A stretch of DNA of 64,000 nt from Zancudomyces culisetae HAW-14-8 (taxonomy: Eukaryota; Fungi; Kickxellomycota): the NCBI GenBank assembly GCA_052426225.1, contig JBNJNM010000011.1, positions 4,030,001 to 4,094,000 of the forward strand. Direction: 5' to 3'. Shown one piece after another: positions 49,976 to 63,364 of the stretch. The position numbers and the translations under genes are program-made. A model generated the notes under the pieces. It saw only the letters and a list, made by a program, of their open reading frames with translations, did no database searches and had not been told where the DNA came from. How positions within the stretch are numbered: the first letter of the stretch is position 1; each line of letters begins with the position of its first letter.

Positions 49976-50604
49976 AACATGTTTAAAGTGTTTTATATAT
50001 TCACCAAGATACACTGAAAGAGGAACATGATATACTTTTATCAAATGTGCTATAGTTAAAACTTAAATAAATTATAGCAAACTACATGATAAGTAGAACA
50101 AAGGTGTAGTTGGTTGAGAAAGGTGAACAGTTAACTGGTCAACAAATATACCACCGTGGTTGAGTTTGTTGCACCTAATTATGAGTTACTAGCAACTAAA
50201 GTGAGTTGTTCGAATTGTTTAGTTAGCTCGATTTTCTAGGTTTAACAGAATTTATCTAGCGTTAATCAGTACAAGGTTCAGACTAGTAGCTAGCATTTTG
50301 GCTATGCTCACAATTTCAGCTTGATATATACCATTTCACTAAACTGTTGACCATGATGCCTTAGAGTAATTAGTAGGCTTAGGGTAGTGGACATGATTAA
50401 TGGCTATAGAGTTGGTTAGTGTTGGTGTTGGTGTTGGTGTCACAGCTAATTTGATGAGATGACAAAAAATAGGTGAATCAATATTAGTTGATAATTGAGT
50501 GGATGTTATAGTGTTTATTTGACTTGCTAATATCAGAATTGGTCTGATTTTTATTTTAGTTGTTGTTTTAACCAGTTTATGAAAAGAAGGGTGAGAATAT
50601 CATT
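49976..50604 (-). repeat. Dispersed repeat, copy C
   Basis: Collinear with copy A over about 600 bp; shorter (GGTGTT)n tract. Confidence 0.95.
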
Positions 50605-52509
50605 ACACATATTTTATTTTCATGTCAAACAAGATGTTGTATCAAGTAGATAATGGTTATGTAGGACAAAAGAAATAAGCTATTTTGGATGTTAAACTAT
50701 TAAAGCAGCACATATACCTCCGTCTGTCGATAGTTAGCGCAGATCACCAAGCAATAAGGGTGTATTCAATCCCAACTGGATCTTAAACCCAAAAAAAAAA
50801 ACAGAGGGCCAAATAAATGGCAGATTTACTAGCGTACTCACCCGAAAAAAAAATAGTTGGGATTGATGTTACATTTTTTTGGGCTTTAAACTTTCAAATA
50901 AAGAATGTTAGGGAGGAATATAATATCTGGGGGATTCTTTTTTTCTTGGACTGGGTTAATTGCTTCCAAAAATAAGCTAAAGGTTTCAGATTTTATCACA
51001 TGACTGAGAAATGCCAAATCACGTAATATTGTGTGTGTGTGTTTTTTTTTAAAAATATAAAACACGTTTCTGGTCTTTTACTTTTGAGCATCTCTAAAAG
51101 CGAATCATAGTAATAAAAAGAAAAGTGGTACTGTTTAAAACTAACACTGACCAATTTATTTTAGATGAATCATATTTAATTGTGACTAAAACTATAAAGG
51201 TGATCTATAATGGTGTAACTTGTGTTTGTAATTACTAGTAATAACAACAATAGTCAAGTAGCAGGAACTAACACTGGAGGTTGCTGTAGTACTGGTTGGA
51301 GTAGAGGTACACATAAACTCTGGTGAGGGTGATTTTAGAAAACCACGCCAAAATTACAAAAATTCTAATAACTTGAAAAAATAGATTCTTCCTGACCAAA
51401 GAAAATATCAAGTTTGCAAGTGTGTTTTATGCATCGATAAAGGTCTAGATACAGGAATGAGTGGGAGAAAGATTATCTTGTTACCTTAGAAACACAAAAC
51501 CTTACTATTAGCCAACACCATAATCTAAATAAGCATAGCGAAGAGTAGTAGGTTAATTTAGGAAGAAGCAAATGGAACAAATATTTGACAAATATGTGTA
51601 ACACAAACAACAATAAAAAAAAAGTTAAAGGTCAGGTTAACAGTCAAACTCGCTAATCCGGCTGTTGGTGATGAAAACAGTCAGCCTTTATCTACTTATT
51701 CACTTGTATTTATTCCCAAACTAAAATCCCAGTAGCAAATTTTTTCCCATGTAATTTTGGCCTTTAGTTATCAACTACTACTACTAATCGATTTACATAT
51801 TACCTAAAAATGATGAAACAAAACACAAAAAAGAAAATAAAGCATAAATCCATTCAAAACAGGAGATTATCTGGAGAAAGCTTTCGTTTTTAAGCAGGGC
51901 TTGATGAGTGGAGTGGAAAATACGATACTTGAGATAGGAAGACAAAAGGGAAAGGACAGAAAAAAAACGGAGGGAAGGAATGGAAGGGAGTGGAGGGGAG
52001 TGGAAGAATTTAAAGGTATGGGATAGGGCAAAATCTGGAACCACACAAACAGGCATAGCCACACGCTTTAAATGACAGGATCATGTAATTCAAAAAAGTG
52101 TCATTTTTCCACCAGCATTTAACCATTATTTTGCGGGTTTATGCGATATGGAAATGCCTTATAAAGCAATAAGATTTTTATAATAAAAAAAAGAGGTGCA
52201 TTACAAGTACCGAAAGTCAAACAAAGCGTTCAAAAATTCCGTATAAAATCAGCTAATTTTTATTTACGTTTTGCTAATTTGCTTATTTCAGTTGGATTAA
52301 AGTAGGGAGTATGTGATTAAATCGGCTATTTTATTATTCACAATAAATAGCGGAAAAGAATAAAAATTGCCAATAATAAAAGGAAGAGAAGGAAGGAGGG
52401 AAAATTAGTTTAACTATTATATTTTGTTTTTGGAGCAAATATATATACTTTTCGTTTGGGCGATTGACAAAGGAAAAATAAAAAACAACCAAAAGGGGAT
52501 CTATCAAAA

Positions 52510-54003
52510 ATGCAAAGCAAAAGACACGGAATATCAGGTCACACCAGAGGAGGAAGCCGTGACAAGATAGAGGCAGGAGGCACGCTGGGAGCTGTGCGCC
52601 AAGTGATGGATGGAATGATTGAAAAGGCAGGAAACGACAAGCGGTTTGCACAGGAAATGAACGACTGCTATGACCAAATCGGACGCTACTTGCAGGAAAA
52701 GAAGGTGCGCGTAGAGCTAGACTGGGAAAAGGTGAAGAGCCCAAAGCCAGAATATGTGTTGGGATACAAGACCCTGGAAAAAGTAGGGTTTGATGATATT
52801 ACAGATATACTCAGCAAACTAGTTGTTCTTAAACTCAATGGTGGGCTGGGAACAACTATGGGGTGTGTGGGGCCAAAGTCGGCAATTGAAGTACGTGACG
52901 GCCAGACATTTTTGGATCTGACGGTGCAGCAGATCGAGTATATCAACACGGAACATAATGTAGATGTACCATTGATTCTCATGAACAGTTTCAATACCCA
53001 CGATGATACTGATAAGATTATCAAAAAGTATGCTAATTCAAATGTACCTATCTATACATTTAACCAGTCGCAATGGCCACGAATCAAAGCCGACACAAGT
53101 CTGCCAATCACAACATCCAAGGACTCACCAACCGAGATGTGGTACCCACCAGGTCACGGTGATTTATACAAGAGCTTCTACAACTGCGGGATGTTGCAGC
53201 AGCTGATTGATGAGGGTAAAGAGTGGGTGTTTGTGTCCAATGTGGATAACTTGGGTGCTACAGTTGATCCAGTTATTTTGAGGCACTTGGCTAATACCGA
53301 TGCAGAATACATTATGGAGGTAACAGACAAGACCAAGGCTGATATTAAGGGAGGAACAATTATTGACTATGATGGACAAATCAGACTTCTGGAAATAGCA
53401 CAGGTTCCAAAGGAGCACCAGGACGATTTTAAACGCGTCAAGAAGTTTAAAATTTTCAACACCAATAACTTGTGGATCAACTTGAAGAGTATGAAGCGTC
53501 TTGTTGAAGAGGATCAGCTACAGCTGGATCTTATTATCAACAAGAAGGCTACTTCTGATGGAACACCTGTTATTCAACTTGAGACAGCAGTAGGTGCTGC
53601 CATCAAATATTTCGATCGCGCCCATGGTATTAATGTTCCTCGCTCTCGCTTCTTGCCCGTCAAATCTACGTCTGATCTTTTCTTGGTGACTTCCAACCTC
53701 TATATTATGGAAAATGGCTACCTACGGATGAATCCAGCTCGTACATTCTCCACAGCTCCAATTGTCAAGCTTGGCGATCACTTCAAAAAAGTCAAGGATT
53801 ATTTGGCTCGTTTTAAGACGCCACCTCAAATCCTTGAACTTGATCATCTCAGTGTGACTGGTGATGTCTTTTTTGGCGCTAATGTTACACTTACAGGTAC
53901 TGTAATTGTTGTCGCTAATCACGGTGCTCATATTGACATTCCTCGTGGCGCTGTTTTGAACGATAAGGTTGTATCCGGAGATCTTCGTATTTTGGACCAT
54001 TAA
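52510..54003 (+). CDS. UGP1: UTP-glucose-1-phosphate uridylyltransferase
   Basis: VLKLNGGLGTTMGCVGPKS, LMNSFNTH, WYPPGHGD, KTKADIKGGT, FNTNNLW, VPRSRFLPVK. Confidence 0.98.
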   Translation: MQSKRHGISGHTRGGSRDKIEAGGTLGAVRQVMDGMIEKAGNDKRFAQEMNDCYDQIGRYLQEKKVRVELDWEKVKSPKPEYVLGYKTLEKVGFDDITDILSKLVVLKLNGGLGTTMGCVGPKSAIEVRDGQTFLDLTVQQIEYINTEHNVDVPLILMNSFNTHDDTDKIIKKYANSNVPIYTFNQSQWPRIKADTSLPITTSKDSPTEMWYPPGHGDLYKSFYNCGMLQQLIDEGKEWVFVSNVDNLGATVDPVILRHLANTDAEYIMEVTDKTKADIKGGTIIDYDGQIRLLEIAQVPKEHQDDFKRVKKFKIFNTNNLWINLKSMKRLVEEDQLQLDLIINKKATSDGTPVIQLETAVGAAIKYFDRAHGINVPRSRFLPVKSTSDLFLVTSNLYIMENGYLRMNPARTFSTAPIVKLGDHFKKVKDYLARFKTPPQILELDHLSVTGDVFFGANVTLTGTVIVVANHGAHIDIPRGAVLNDKVVSGDLRILDH

Positions 54004-54145
54004 AAATATATTTTCCACCACATTTTCATACTTTTTGTTTTATGATTTTATGATTTTATTTTTATTTTTATTTCTGCTTTTTAACCCAACAAAAATACAT
54101 TTTACAAGTTACTAGTAAACACAAATAAACTAATCCCATTCAATA

Positions 54146-56711
54146 TCAAATTCTCTCGTAAAAGAGAAGATATGGATTGGCACCAAGTGCCTCCTCAACA
54201 TCTACTGATAAAACTTCTTCATCTGATACTAAATACCATCCATCGTTATTGACATTATTAAGATTCCGGGTTTGATTTTGTTTTTGATGTTGGGTTTGAT
54301 TCTGTTCTTGATAATAATATGATTGTAGTTGTGAATATGAATGCGAATGACTATTGATACTGGGTTTTCGCCGATATGTAATAAAATGCCCATACGAATG
54401 ACACCCAAAATGCACAATTACAGCCTGTAACTGATAAATGTATTTTTTCCCATTCATTTCATCATTATTGGCGCCTCTAACGTTCATTTCGTGTAAATTA
54501 GATGATGACATTGATTGATTTGGATTAGTTCCCAAATATCCACTTGTCACAAATTCATCCAAAACCAAGTATTCGGGATATTTCACCTGTACAGAGTTCT
54601 TTACAATATAGCCCGTACTCATCGATATCGTCGACCGCTGCAGGTGCAAAATTAGTGTCTTTGGTAGATTCGCCAACATTGTCTGCTTAGTTTTGAGGCT
54701 TGAGTATACCTTGATACGTCTAACATCCTCCGCCACCTTCCTCCTTATGTTGTCTATACTGTATATATCATCACTTTTGTACTCATCACGACTACCATCA
54801 TTACAATCATTATCCTCACTGCAATCACCATTTTCTCTCTCTTCCTCTTCCTCTTCATCACTGCTATCTAGTTCTTCTGAATCTTGTAAAAAAAACGTCC
54901 ATAGCGTGTTTGTACGAATGCTTTTGGCCAACATATTTATTTGTCCCTTCAGAAACTCCACTCGTTTCCCCTTTTCACGTTTACTAATACCACTATTATT
55001 GATACTTGCTAATTTGGTCAACTCTTCAACCTTATTTTTGATAATATAATTCACTGTACATTTCTTACACTCTATCTCCCCCTCCAACTCTTCCAGCTCC
55101 ACGTACTCTCGTAATACATCAATCAATTCCACTACATTTTGCTGTGTATCTGAATTTGCATTTAAAATTTCTTCAGATCCCTTTGGTGCCGGTACCGGAA
55201 TCGATAATGGCAGGGATACCGGAATTGGTGGAAGGCTTAATGATATATTATCGAATCCAAAGTGTCGGATGGCTTCAGTATATCCACAGTTGACACAGGA
55301 AAGTCTGCTGGCCAATAGTCCAAAAAACGGTGGCTTGATGCCTTCTTGTTTCTCTATTCTTTCCGCCTTTCTCGTATTATTGTACTCACCACCTTCCTCT
55401 TCATCAAATAGTGACATTCCAAGTACTCCTGTCATACTTTTTTTAATACTATTCAATACCTGTTCCATTCGTACACACTCTTCCGTCAACGCTGCACTGA
55501 GTAGTTGAAACGCCTCTTGAGCATCTTGTTGTTCGCTGATCTGCACCTTTTTTGAAATTGCGTGCAGTAGCCTGTATGGTTTAATCGCTGACGGTTCAAT
55601 TGCCATTGTATTGATAAACTTCAGCGTTTCATATAACCCATACGTTACCTCCATGTCAAAATCAAACCCTAAATCCAAATCCTCTATATCAAACCCAAAC
55701 CCAAAACCATCTCCTAATCCTCTGTTATTGTTATTATCCCTATTCCTCAGCCTTTCCTTTTGATTCCTGCTGTTGCTGTTTGAAAAATAATTTCTATCCC
55801 TTTTATCCTTACCATAACCATTCAGATTGTTTTTTTGTTTCGTCAGTATCCTACATGTCCTTTTAATCTTCTCCACCTGTTTGATTTTCTGCTTTAAATA
55901 CTTTTTCAGATACTGTGATGAAGCCAACGCCTGTAGCACGCTATTCAAAAAACACGTATTTCCTGTATTTATCAATCCGTTAACCATTCCATTTTCGCTT
56001 CCACTCCTATTCAGTTCTCCTTCATATTCATCACCTTCCTCCTCGCTTTCTGTTACCGATGTAGTTGTCATAGATAAATATCCTTCATCTATTTCCAAAT
56101 CCTCTTCCTCGCTATCATAATAATCCTCTTCATCATTCTCCTCACCATACTCATATGAATTATCCTTGTATCTCTCGCTTGTCCGCATACATCTGATACC
56201 TGCTCTACTTCGTTTTCGTAATTGTCGCTCGCGCATCTTTTTTTCCAACTCTTGCTCCCTCAAATCTTCTGCCTGCTCCTCCTCTACCTGTTCCCGAATA
56301 ATCATCTCATATTCTACCGACAATTCTCCTTCTAACTCTGCTGTGTTGCAAAGTTTGTTGAAAAATAAACATATCACTCTAAAGACCAACTTTATATTTC
56401 GTTCTATTCATATTATGCTTTTCAGCTTAGTACTCTCAATTTTCATCTAAATACCTGTAATTACCAAACTAGATAAACATAAAGCACTTACTAATTGGTC
56501 TAATCACTGCCCTATTTATTTTGCTATACTTGTATAACACTCTTTTGGTTACCCTATTTGTTTTTCTGTATATTCTCTTGACATAGAACCTTATTAGTCC
56601 TCTCGAATGTATCATCTGACTTATGACCTCCCACTTGAAATATATCGCCAACGTTATTCCAAAAAATGCAAGAGCCCCTAGATATAGGTATATTATCGTT
56701 TCCGACTTCAT
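54146..56711 (-). CDS. Ubiquitin-specific protease with N-terminal TM anchor (USP30/Ubp16-like); intron about 56491-56341
   Basis: Exon 1 has a hydrophobic helix (IIYLYLGALAFFGITLAIYF) and a basic flank, and splices in phase 1. Cys box GLINTGNTCFLNSVLQAL, QQDAQE, His box HFGCHSYGHF, WYLVSDEEV. Confidence 0.85.
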
Positions 56712-58362
56712 CTTCCCACCTTATCTTATCTTAGCTTATCTTTTTCTTTTTCTTTGGATTATTATTTTATTTGTTAGTATTGTTTCTTTTATACCCAATT
56801 CCAAATAGAGTAAGATTTGTTACGTGGAATTAGCCTACCAAAAAAATAATAATCATAAATTAGACTGTTAAGGGTTAATCCGAATCCAGGTTAGAATGTC
56901 TCTGTCTATCTCATGTTACACTACGCCAGTTGTATTGTCACTTTACTGATTCCTATTCTCTCCGTCACTACCAAATGTTTTCGCTGGATTTTTCCCGCGC
57001 TTTTTCCTTTTCCTTTTGTTTTTTTGTTTTTTTTGTTTATTCAACCTGAAAACATTTTTTACAAAATTTACGGAGATTTCTTTTTAACACCAGAAGCACA
57101 AGAGGAGGCTAGAAAAATAAAGTAGGCTCAATGATTTAATTTTAGTTTTAATTTTATTTTTTTCATCACAAATTTCAAAACAGATTATAATTTGAAGAGC
57201 GGAATCAGTTTGTATATGCAATGCTTTGGGATATCTATTTGCTCATTTCTTTACTTGAGAGATTTTTTTTACTTTGTTTTGCAACAGGTGTGCTCAAAGT
57301 AAAAGTTGCAAGTATAAACTAAAAGAGTAAATATGTATACGATGAAGCGTATTACTACTGAATCATCAAATTGCATTTTTTTTTACTAATTCTTTAACAT
57401 GGTAAATTTTATAATAGCTATAGTCTCCAATGTGTTGGTGTTTAATTTCAGATAAATAGGCCTGTTCATGTGAATTGGTTTCCATTTAAGCACCAGATAT
57501 TCATCATTCTATTTCTACTTCTATTTCAGGGATGTCGAATCACACTTTGTTATTAAAATACCCCCATGGTACCACCTTTTAAGCCACACATCTTTTTTTG
57601 GTTTGCATTTTGACCAAGCCTGGCCTTACTTTGTGGTTTACTTTTACTTTTACTTTTACTTTTACTTTTGCTCTATCTACAAAGTTAACGCCAATCGAGA
57701 TTTAATGAATCTGTATTTCCTCCTACCACCACCTCCCGATGTACTTTTATATTTATATACGCAGTTGCTCATCACTACTCATAGAGTACTGTTGAGTTTC
57801 TACACGCGATTAAAAAAAGATGTATGAAAAGCAAATAGATATATTATTATATGATTATTTTGGTCGTGTGATTTTTGATTATCATCAACAATATCCAAAT
57901 TCGCTGAATTTCCAGTTTTTACGCTAATTTTATGCTCTTAATTGAATGTTAGCATAGTTTTGGTAATTGAGCTTTCAAAAATAAAAATAAAAATAATAAA
58001 AAAATAAAATCACACAACCCATTCTACATTAAACTTGATTATCTATTTTGTAATTATTTTTTAATACATATTTCAGTCGCAAAAAATTTAAATCCCGCAT
58101 TAACTGTAAGCATTCTTCCATCGGAAAAAAAAACATTGGAGTTTTTTATCCTAATCTGTTTATTGTAAATTCATATTCATTTATTTCCGTTTTAACAATA
58201 TTATGAATACCAAGTTCTAATTAATATTCTTTGTTCTAGACCTTCTTAAATAGCCCTGTATGGACAAAAATTTACGATTAAAAGACAGATACGGATATAT
58301 CTAACTTACAGACGGTTAAAACGAGAGTAAACAAAAAATATATACATATAAAACAGCAAAAA

Positions 58363-61282
58363 ATGAACACTATTCAATTTGAACCCATAAAAACCACAAT
58401 TACGCCTCAGTTTTGGACCGAGCTAATGAGCTTTAAGCTATACGATGCCAAACTGGACTCACAAAAAGTTGAAATCAAGGGCTGGTATGAAGGTGGGAGA
58501 TACAAAAGATTAAAAGCGGTACTTAAACCGACAGCTGCAACCTCAACCTCCAGTACAAATAAAGATCAGTATAACATTTACGAGGCACCAGCAACTGTAA
58601 GTTTGCAGGAATTCCATTCAGATTCGGCTACTAGTCGAGATAAAAAAGCACAGGGTTGGCAGTGTATCTGTGGAGATTTATACAATACTAACACAATCGA
58701 AGAGTTTCTTAAACTCGACAGAAACAATTTGATGAAAGAGTACACGAAACAGGTAAATTAGTTTTATTTTATTTTAAAAATAACATAAATGCGAAATGCA
58801 GGAGTAATGGAGGGAGAGAGAAGATATATTGATTATAAATTGCTACCAACTGAACTAGATTCAGCAAGATATCGAAAGCGGACGAGCTACCAAAGATCCC
58901 AGCTTGCTGTTTAGGTTTATCGCCACTACATTTGCAGACTTGAAAAAATATAAATTCTATTACTGGCTAGGATATCCCAGTATTGTGGAAAAGGTGCAAT
59001 CCAAAGGTCTATCAAATGGTGATAATGCTGACCTTTATAGCAAGTTGGAGCTAGCGGTGGATAAATATGGAGAAAAAGAGGTACGCTCTTACTTATTATT
59101 ATATAGATTGGTGATTGCTTTTATAAGCCAGTATTAGTATTCTGTGTTAACAGAGTACCACGTTACTACTTTCATGAAATTATTAAGCCTGTGTGTAAAA
59201 TGATGATATAGATGATCGAGCTATGCCAGGAATATAAAAGGCATACCGAAAGGAAAGATGGACAAACGGAAATCTTTTGTATCGGTAGAAGAAAGGGAAA
59301 AAACGAGATAGGGTCGACACAAGAAGGCAGAAGCGGGCAAATCAATATTGAAGATGGTAGTGGTAATGAAGCAGTGTGGAAAATAGGAAATTTGGTAGAA
59401 TGGGAAGATATGGAGCGGGACCCCAGTATCGAAAAGGTAATGGTTGGGTTCATTGATCCAACGGGAAATAGGCAAAAAATGGGATGGATGTTAAGAAATA
59501 TAATGGTGTGGTTAAGACGATGGCATCGAAAGGGAAGCGAGGAGGGGGGAATTGAGATTCTTAGCTTTAGGGATTATAAGTATACAGAAAACTATCAAAG
59601 TTTGGTGGTTACAGTTGATAGTAATATTAACGAAGTTGGTAAGTCCGATTAGTTACACAGATTTTTTTTTTACTCTACATAGTCTTTCCACTAACAGGCG
59701 AGTTAAATCCAATGTAAAAAAAATAATAAATAATGGAAATAGGCTTGAAAGAATATAAAAGTGTGGGCTGGGAAAGGAACATCCAAGGGAAACTACAGCC
59801 CAAAATGGCGGATTTATCATCAACTATGAGTACTGAAAAGTAAGTGATTGATATGAGCATATGCACATCGACACATGCTTTCGGATACTGAAACAAACGA
59901 AATATAAAATAGAATTGCAGAAACATCGCTGAATTTGAATCTTCAGTTAATGAAGTGGCGGGTAGCACCAAAACTGGATTTGGAGCTTATAGCGAATAGC
60001 AAATGCTTGCTTGTTGGGTCAGGAACGTTGGGATGTTATGTTTCCCGATCCTTGCTGGTAAAAATCGCATATTAAGTATATACGCAGGGGTATGACTACT
60101 TATCAAACGAACATTATAAAAATGAGAAAATGGTACATATTTTAGGCATGGGGAGTCAAGAAAATCACGTTAGTAGACAACGGAACAATTTCATACTCCA
60201 ATCCACCACGACAGCCTTTGTTCAATTTTGAGGATGTTGGTAAACCCAAAGCGATCTGCGCAGCTGAAAATATAAAGAAAATATACCCAGGAATAGTAAG
60301 AAAATTATTAATTGATCACACCTACTATTTAATTGTATGAAAGAAAAATTGAGTGGAAAACTAATCGTGTATTAATAATTGCTATTGGATTGCTTTTTTT
60401 TTGTAGGAGGCACAGGGGGTTCAGCTGGAAATTCCAATGCCAGGCCATCCAATTTCCTCAAGTGAAAAAGAACAGCAGGCTGTTTTGGATGCCATAGAGA
60501 AGTTAGATGAACTTGTACAAAGCCATGATGTGGTGTTCCTGTTGACAGATAGTCGCGAGAGCCGATGGTTGCCGGCTGTGGTGAGTGCTGTACACAAAAA
60601 GCTAGTAATATGTTCGGCACTCGGGTTTGATGGGTTTGTGGTGCTGCGGCACGGTGTAGACAAAGCTGTTGGTGAAAACAGCGAACAAGAGGGAGGGGAT
60701 AATGCTAAACTTGGTTGCTATTTCTGCAATGATGTAGTTGCACCAACTGACTCGGTAAGCGATAGAACGCTGGATCAGCAATGTACGGTTACCCGACCAG
60801 GACTAGCTCCAATTGCTGCTGGCTTTGCAGTAGAATTGATGGTTTCTGTGCTCCAGCATCCAGATTCTGTACACAGCACACCTAAACAACGAGCCATAAA
60901 CGCTAAAAACAAAGGTGCCAGTGATTCTAGCGAGAGTGATGAGTCTGATTACCGATTCCAATTTGGCAAATATCCCCCTCACCAAATTAGAGGCTTTTTG
61001 GGTGGGTTTGAGCTGCTCTCGATTTCTGGTCCTTCATATGATAAATGTACGGCTTGTTCGGCCACAATTACCTCTGCATACTCTGAATTCAGAACAGATT
61101 TTCTGCTAAATGCTTTTAATGACAGCTCGTACCTAGAAGATTTGACTGGCCTTTCTGAGCTACACAAATCGCTTGCGTTTAGTGACGATTCCTTTGGCTC
61201 AGATGGCGATGAAGGCCAGGAAAACATCGGCTCCAATAATGGTACCAACGAGAACGATGACGACGATTTGGTGTTTATTTAA
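58363..61282 (+). CDS. ATG7: Autophagy E1-like enzyme Atg7; multi-exon
   Basis: [80 protein letters not shown]. Confidence 0.97.
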
Positions 61283-61371
61283 TTTGTATCCCTTTTTCTT
61301 TCTTTTTTATATATAAAAAAAACGTTATAAATATATATTACAGTTGCAATAACACTGGAATGTATATTTAC

Positions 61372-62910
61372 TTATGCTCTAAATACATGAACTGTTCGGC
61401 TTATGTATTCTCGACATATTGGACACTCCTTTCGCTCTCCCTTAACTATCAATTCCGCACATTCTACACAGCAACACAAATGCCCACAGTTTAAAAATAC
61501 ACAATCTGTTGGCCTATCCAAACAAATCTTACATAAATCCTTGTCTTCCATCTCATCATCATCATCATCGTCATCATTATCATTGTCATTCACTCTTGTC
61601 TCACTTTCTTCCTTTCCACTTTTTTCGCCTTTTCCATTTATGTTTCCATCTTCTCGTTCTTTTTCTTTTCTTTTCTTCTCAGGTTTTTGTTTGCTATTCA
61701 CCAACATCAGTAGTTTGTCTATTAACTCCTTGCGCTCCAAAACCAAACTGCAATCCACTTTGTTTTTTTCTAATATCTTTTTGATTGTCTTTGATGACAG
61801 TGTTTCTATTGCTATTTTGTTTCTAATTATATCCTGTACTGTTATCACTTCTTCATCCCAATTTTGTGGTCGTCTTTGCTGTATATTCTCTTGCCTTTGC
61901 CGTTGTTGTTGTTGTTGTTGTCGCACCTCCTCCCTTTGCAAATTTGATGAAATATTACTGCTACTACTACCGTTATTGCCACCACCGTGATTGTAGTTGT
62001 GATTGTAATTATAGTTGTAGTTATGGTTAGGGTTATTACTGTTTTGCTGGCTTCCTCTATTTGCCATCCCGCCTCTTCGACCATTTCCAGAGCCAGCATT
62101 ACTGTTTTCTGAATTTCCTCCCCCAAAAAACTTCTCTATCCTGTCGCCAATCCCCATCGCCATATTCTCAATCGCATTCCCAAAGTTGCTTGCTTCTACC
62201 TCAATTCGTTTGCCAAAATTACCTGCCTCTTCTTCTATTCGTCTGCCAAATTCGTTGAAATCGAATCCCGTCACGCTACCGCCACTATTCTGAACATCAT
62301 TACTACCAGTCCGACTAATCCCGTTACTTCCAAATTCTCTGCTTTTTATCTCTTGTGGTTTTGGTACCTGACTCCTATAATATCTTTCATTTCTATTTGT
62401 TGGCACAGTTTCTCGAATAAACTTTATCATATCCCCTCGATCAAGCACAAACCTTCTGCTACCACTAAACATCCCGTACTTTTTCAAATACCTAATCAAC
62501 TCCTTATTGCTATACCTCTCCAATTCCTCTTCATTAGACACCGAAATCTTCAAATAATAATCGCAACAATTACACGTATTTACTGGCTCTTTAAAACCAA
62601 ATTTCGGTATGTACCATCGGTTATTTGAGCATTCGCTACAAACAACCTGCCCACAGTTCTTACAATTCGTTTTTGCTTTTTTTTTGCCATTTGCTTTACT
62701 AGAGCCGAAAAGTGGAAATGAATGGTTCGAGCTGAAAGCCGAGCCGCATATTATACAAGCCTTATATGCTTCCGGATTGTTCAATGTCGGAACCTCAAAA
62801 CGGACTCCTTCATTGTCCAGAAGAGGTCCCCGGATCTGCTCCAGTTCAAGCTTTTGCTCAGGCGTCAGTGCATTTTCCCTATCATACTTTACTGGTTTGC
62901 CTCTATGCAT
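61372..62910 (-). CDS. RNF34/RFFL (CARP)-like E3 ligase: FYVE-type finger, two SAP-like helices, C-terminal RING
   Basis: CIIC...CKNCGQVVCSEC...CNCC; LERYSNKELIRYLKK and IETLSSKTIKKILEKNKV...ERKELIDKL; DLCKICLDRPTDCVFLNCGH...CPICREYISRTVHVFRA. Confidence 0.8.
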   Translation of the reverse strand: MHRGKPVKYDRENALTPEQKLELEQIRGPLLDNEGVRFEVPTLNNPEAYKACIICGSAFSSNHSFPLFGSSKANGKKKAKTNCKNCGQVVCSECSNNRWYIPKFGFKEPVNTCNCCDYYLKISVSNEEELERYSNKELIRYLKKYGMFSGSRRFVLDRGDMIKFIRETVPTNRNERYYRSQVPKPQEIKSREFGSNGISRTGSNDVQNSGGSVTGFDFNEFGRRIEEEAGNFGKRIEVEASNFGNAIENMAMGIGDRIEKFFGGGNSENSNAGSGNGRRGGMANRGSQQNSNNPNHNYNYNYNHNYNHGGGNNGSSSSNISSNLQREEVRQQQQQQRQRQENIQQRRPQNWDEEVITVQDIIRNKIAIETLSSKTIKKILEKNKVDCSLVLERKELIDKLLMLVNSKQKPEKKRKEKEREDGNINGKGEKSGKEESETRVNDNDNDDDDDDDEMEDKDLCKICLDRPTDCVFLNCGHLCCCVECAELIVKGERKECPICREYISRTVHVFRA

Positions 62911-63364
62911 TCTTTTATCTCTTTTCCCTATTATTTACTCTATTTATTCTTGCTATCTTTTCGTCTTTTTTTTGTGGAAAATCTGAATCTATGCTTGCGC
63001 TAGTCGAGAATATATCATTCCTGAACCCCACTTTTATTGTTATGTTTTACCTTTGGTTTTAAGTCTGTGACTGTGACTTTGCTTAGTTTTGTAGGTAGAT
63101 TTTTTCTTTACATTTTTCGGTAATTGTTTCTTTCTATGGGAATTTGATGTCCAATAGATGCTTATTAGCAATCAAGCTTTACCCACGAGACTTGAACTTG
63201 GCAAAGCATTAAAAATCGTTGGGGATAAAGAATAAGGGAAAACAGCCAAATATTCTCGATTCAACTTCTTGGAAACCAAATGCCAAACCATTCTACCATC
63301 GCACCCATTTATTTATAACCTTAGTCTAGTTCGTTTTTCTTATCTTATTGCAAACCTGCGTGTG

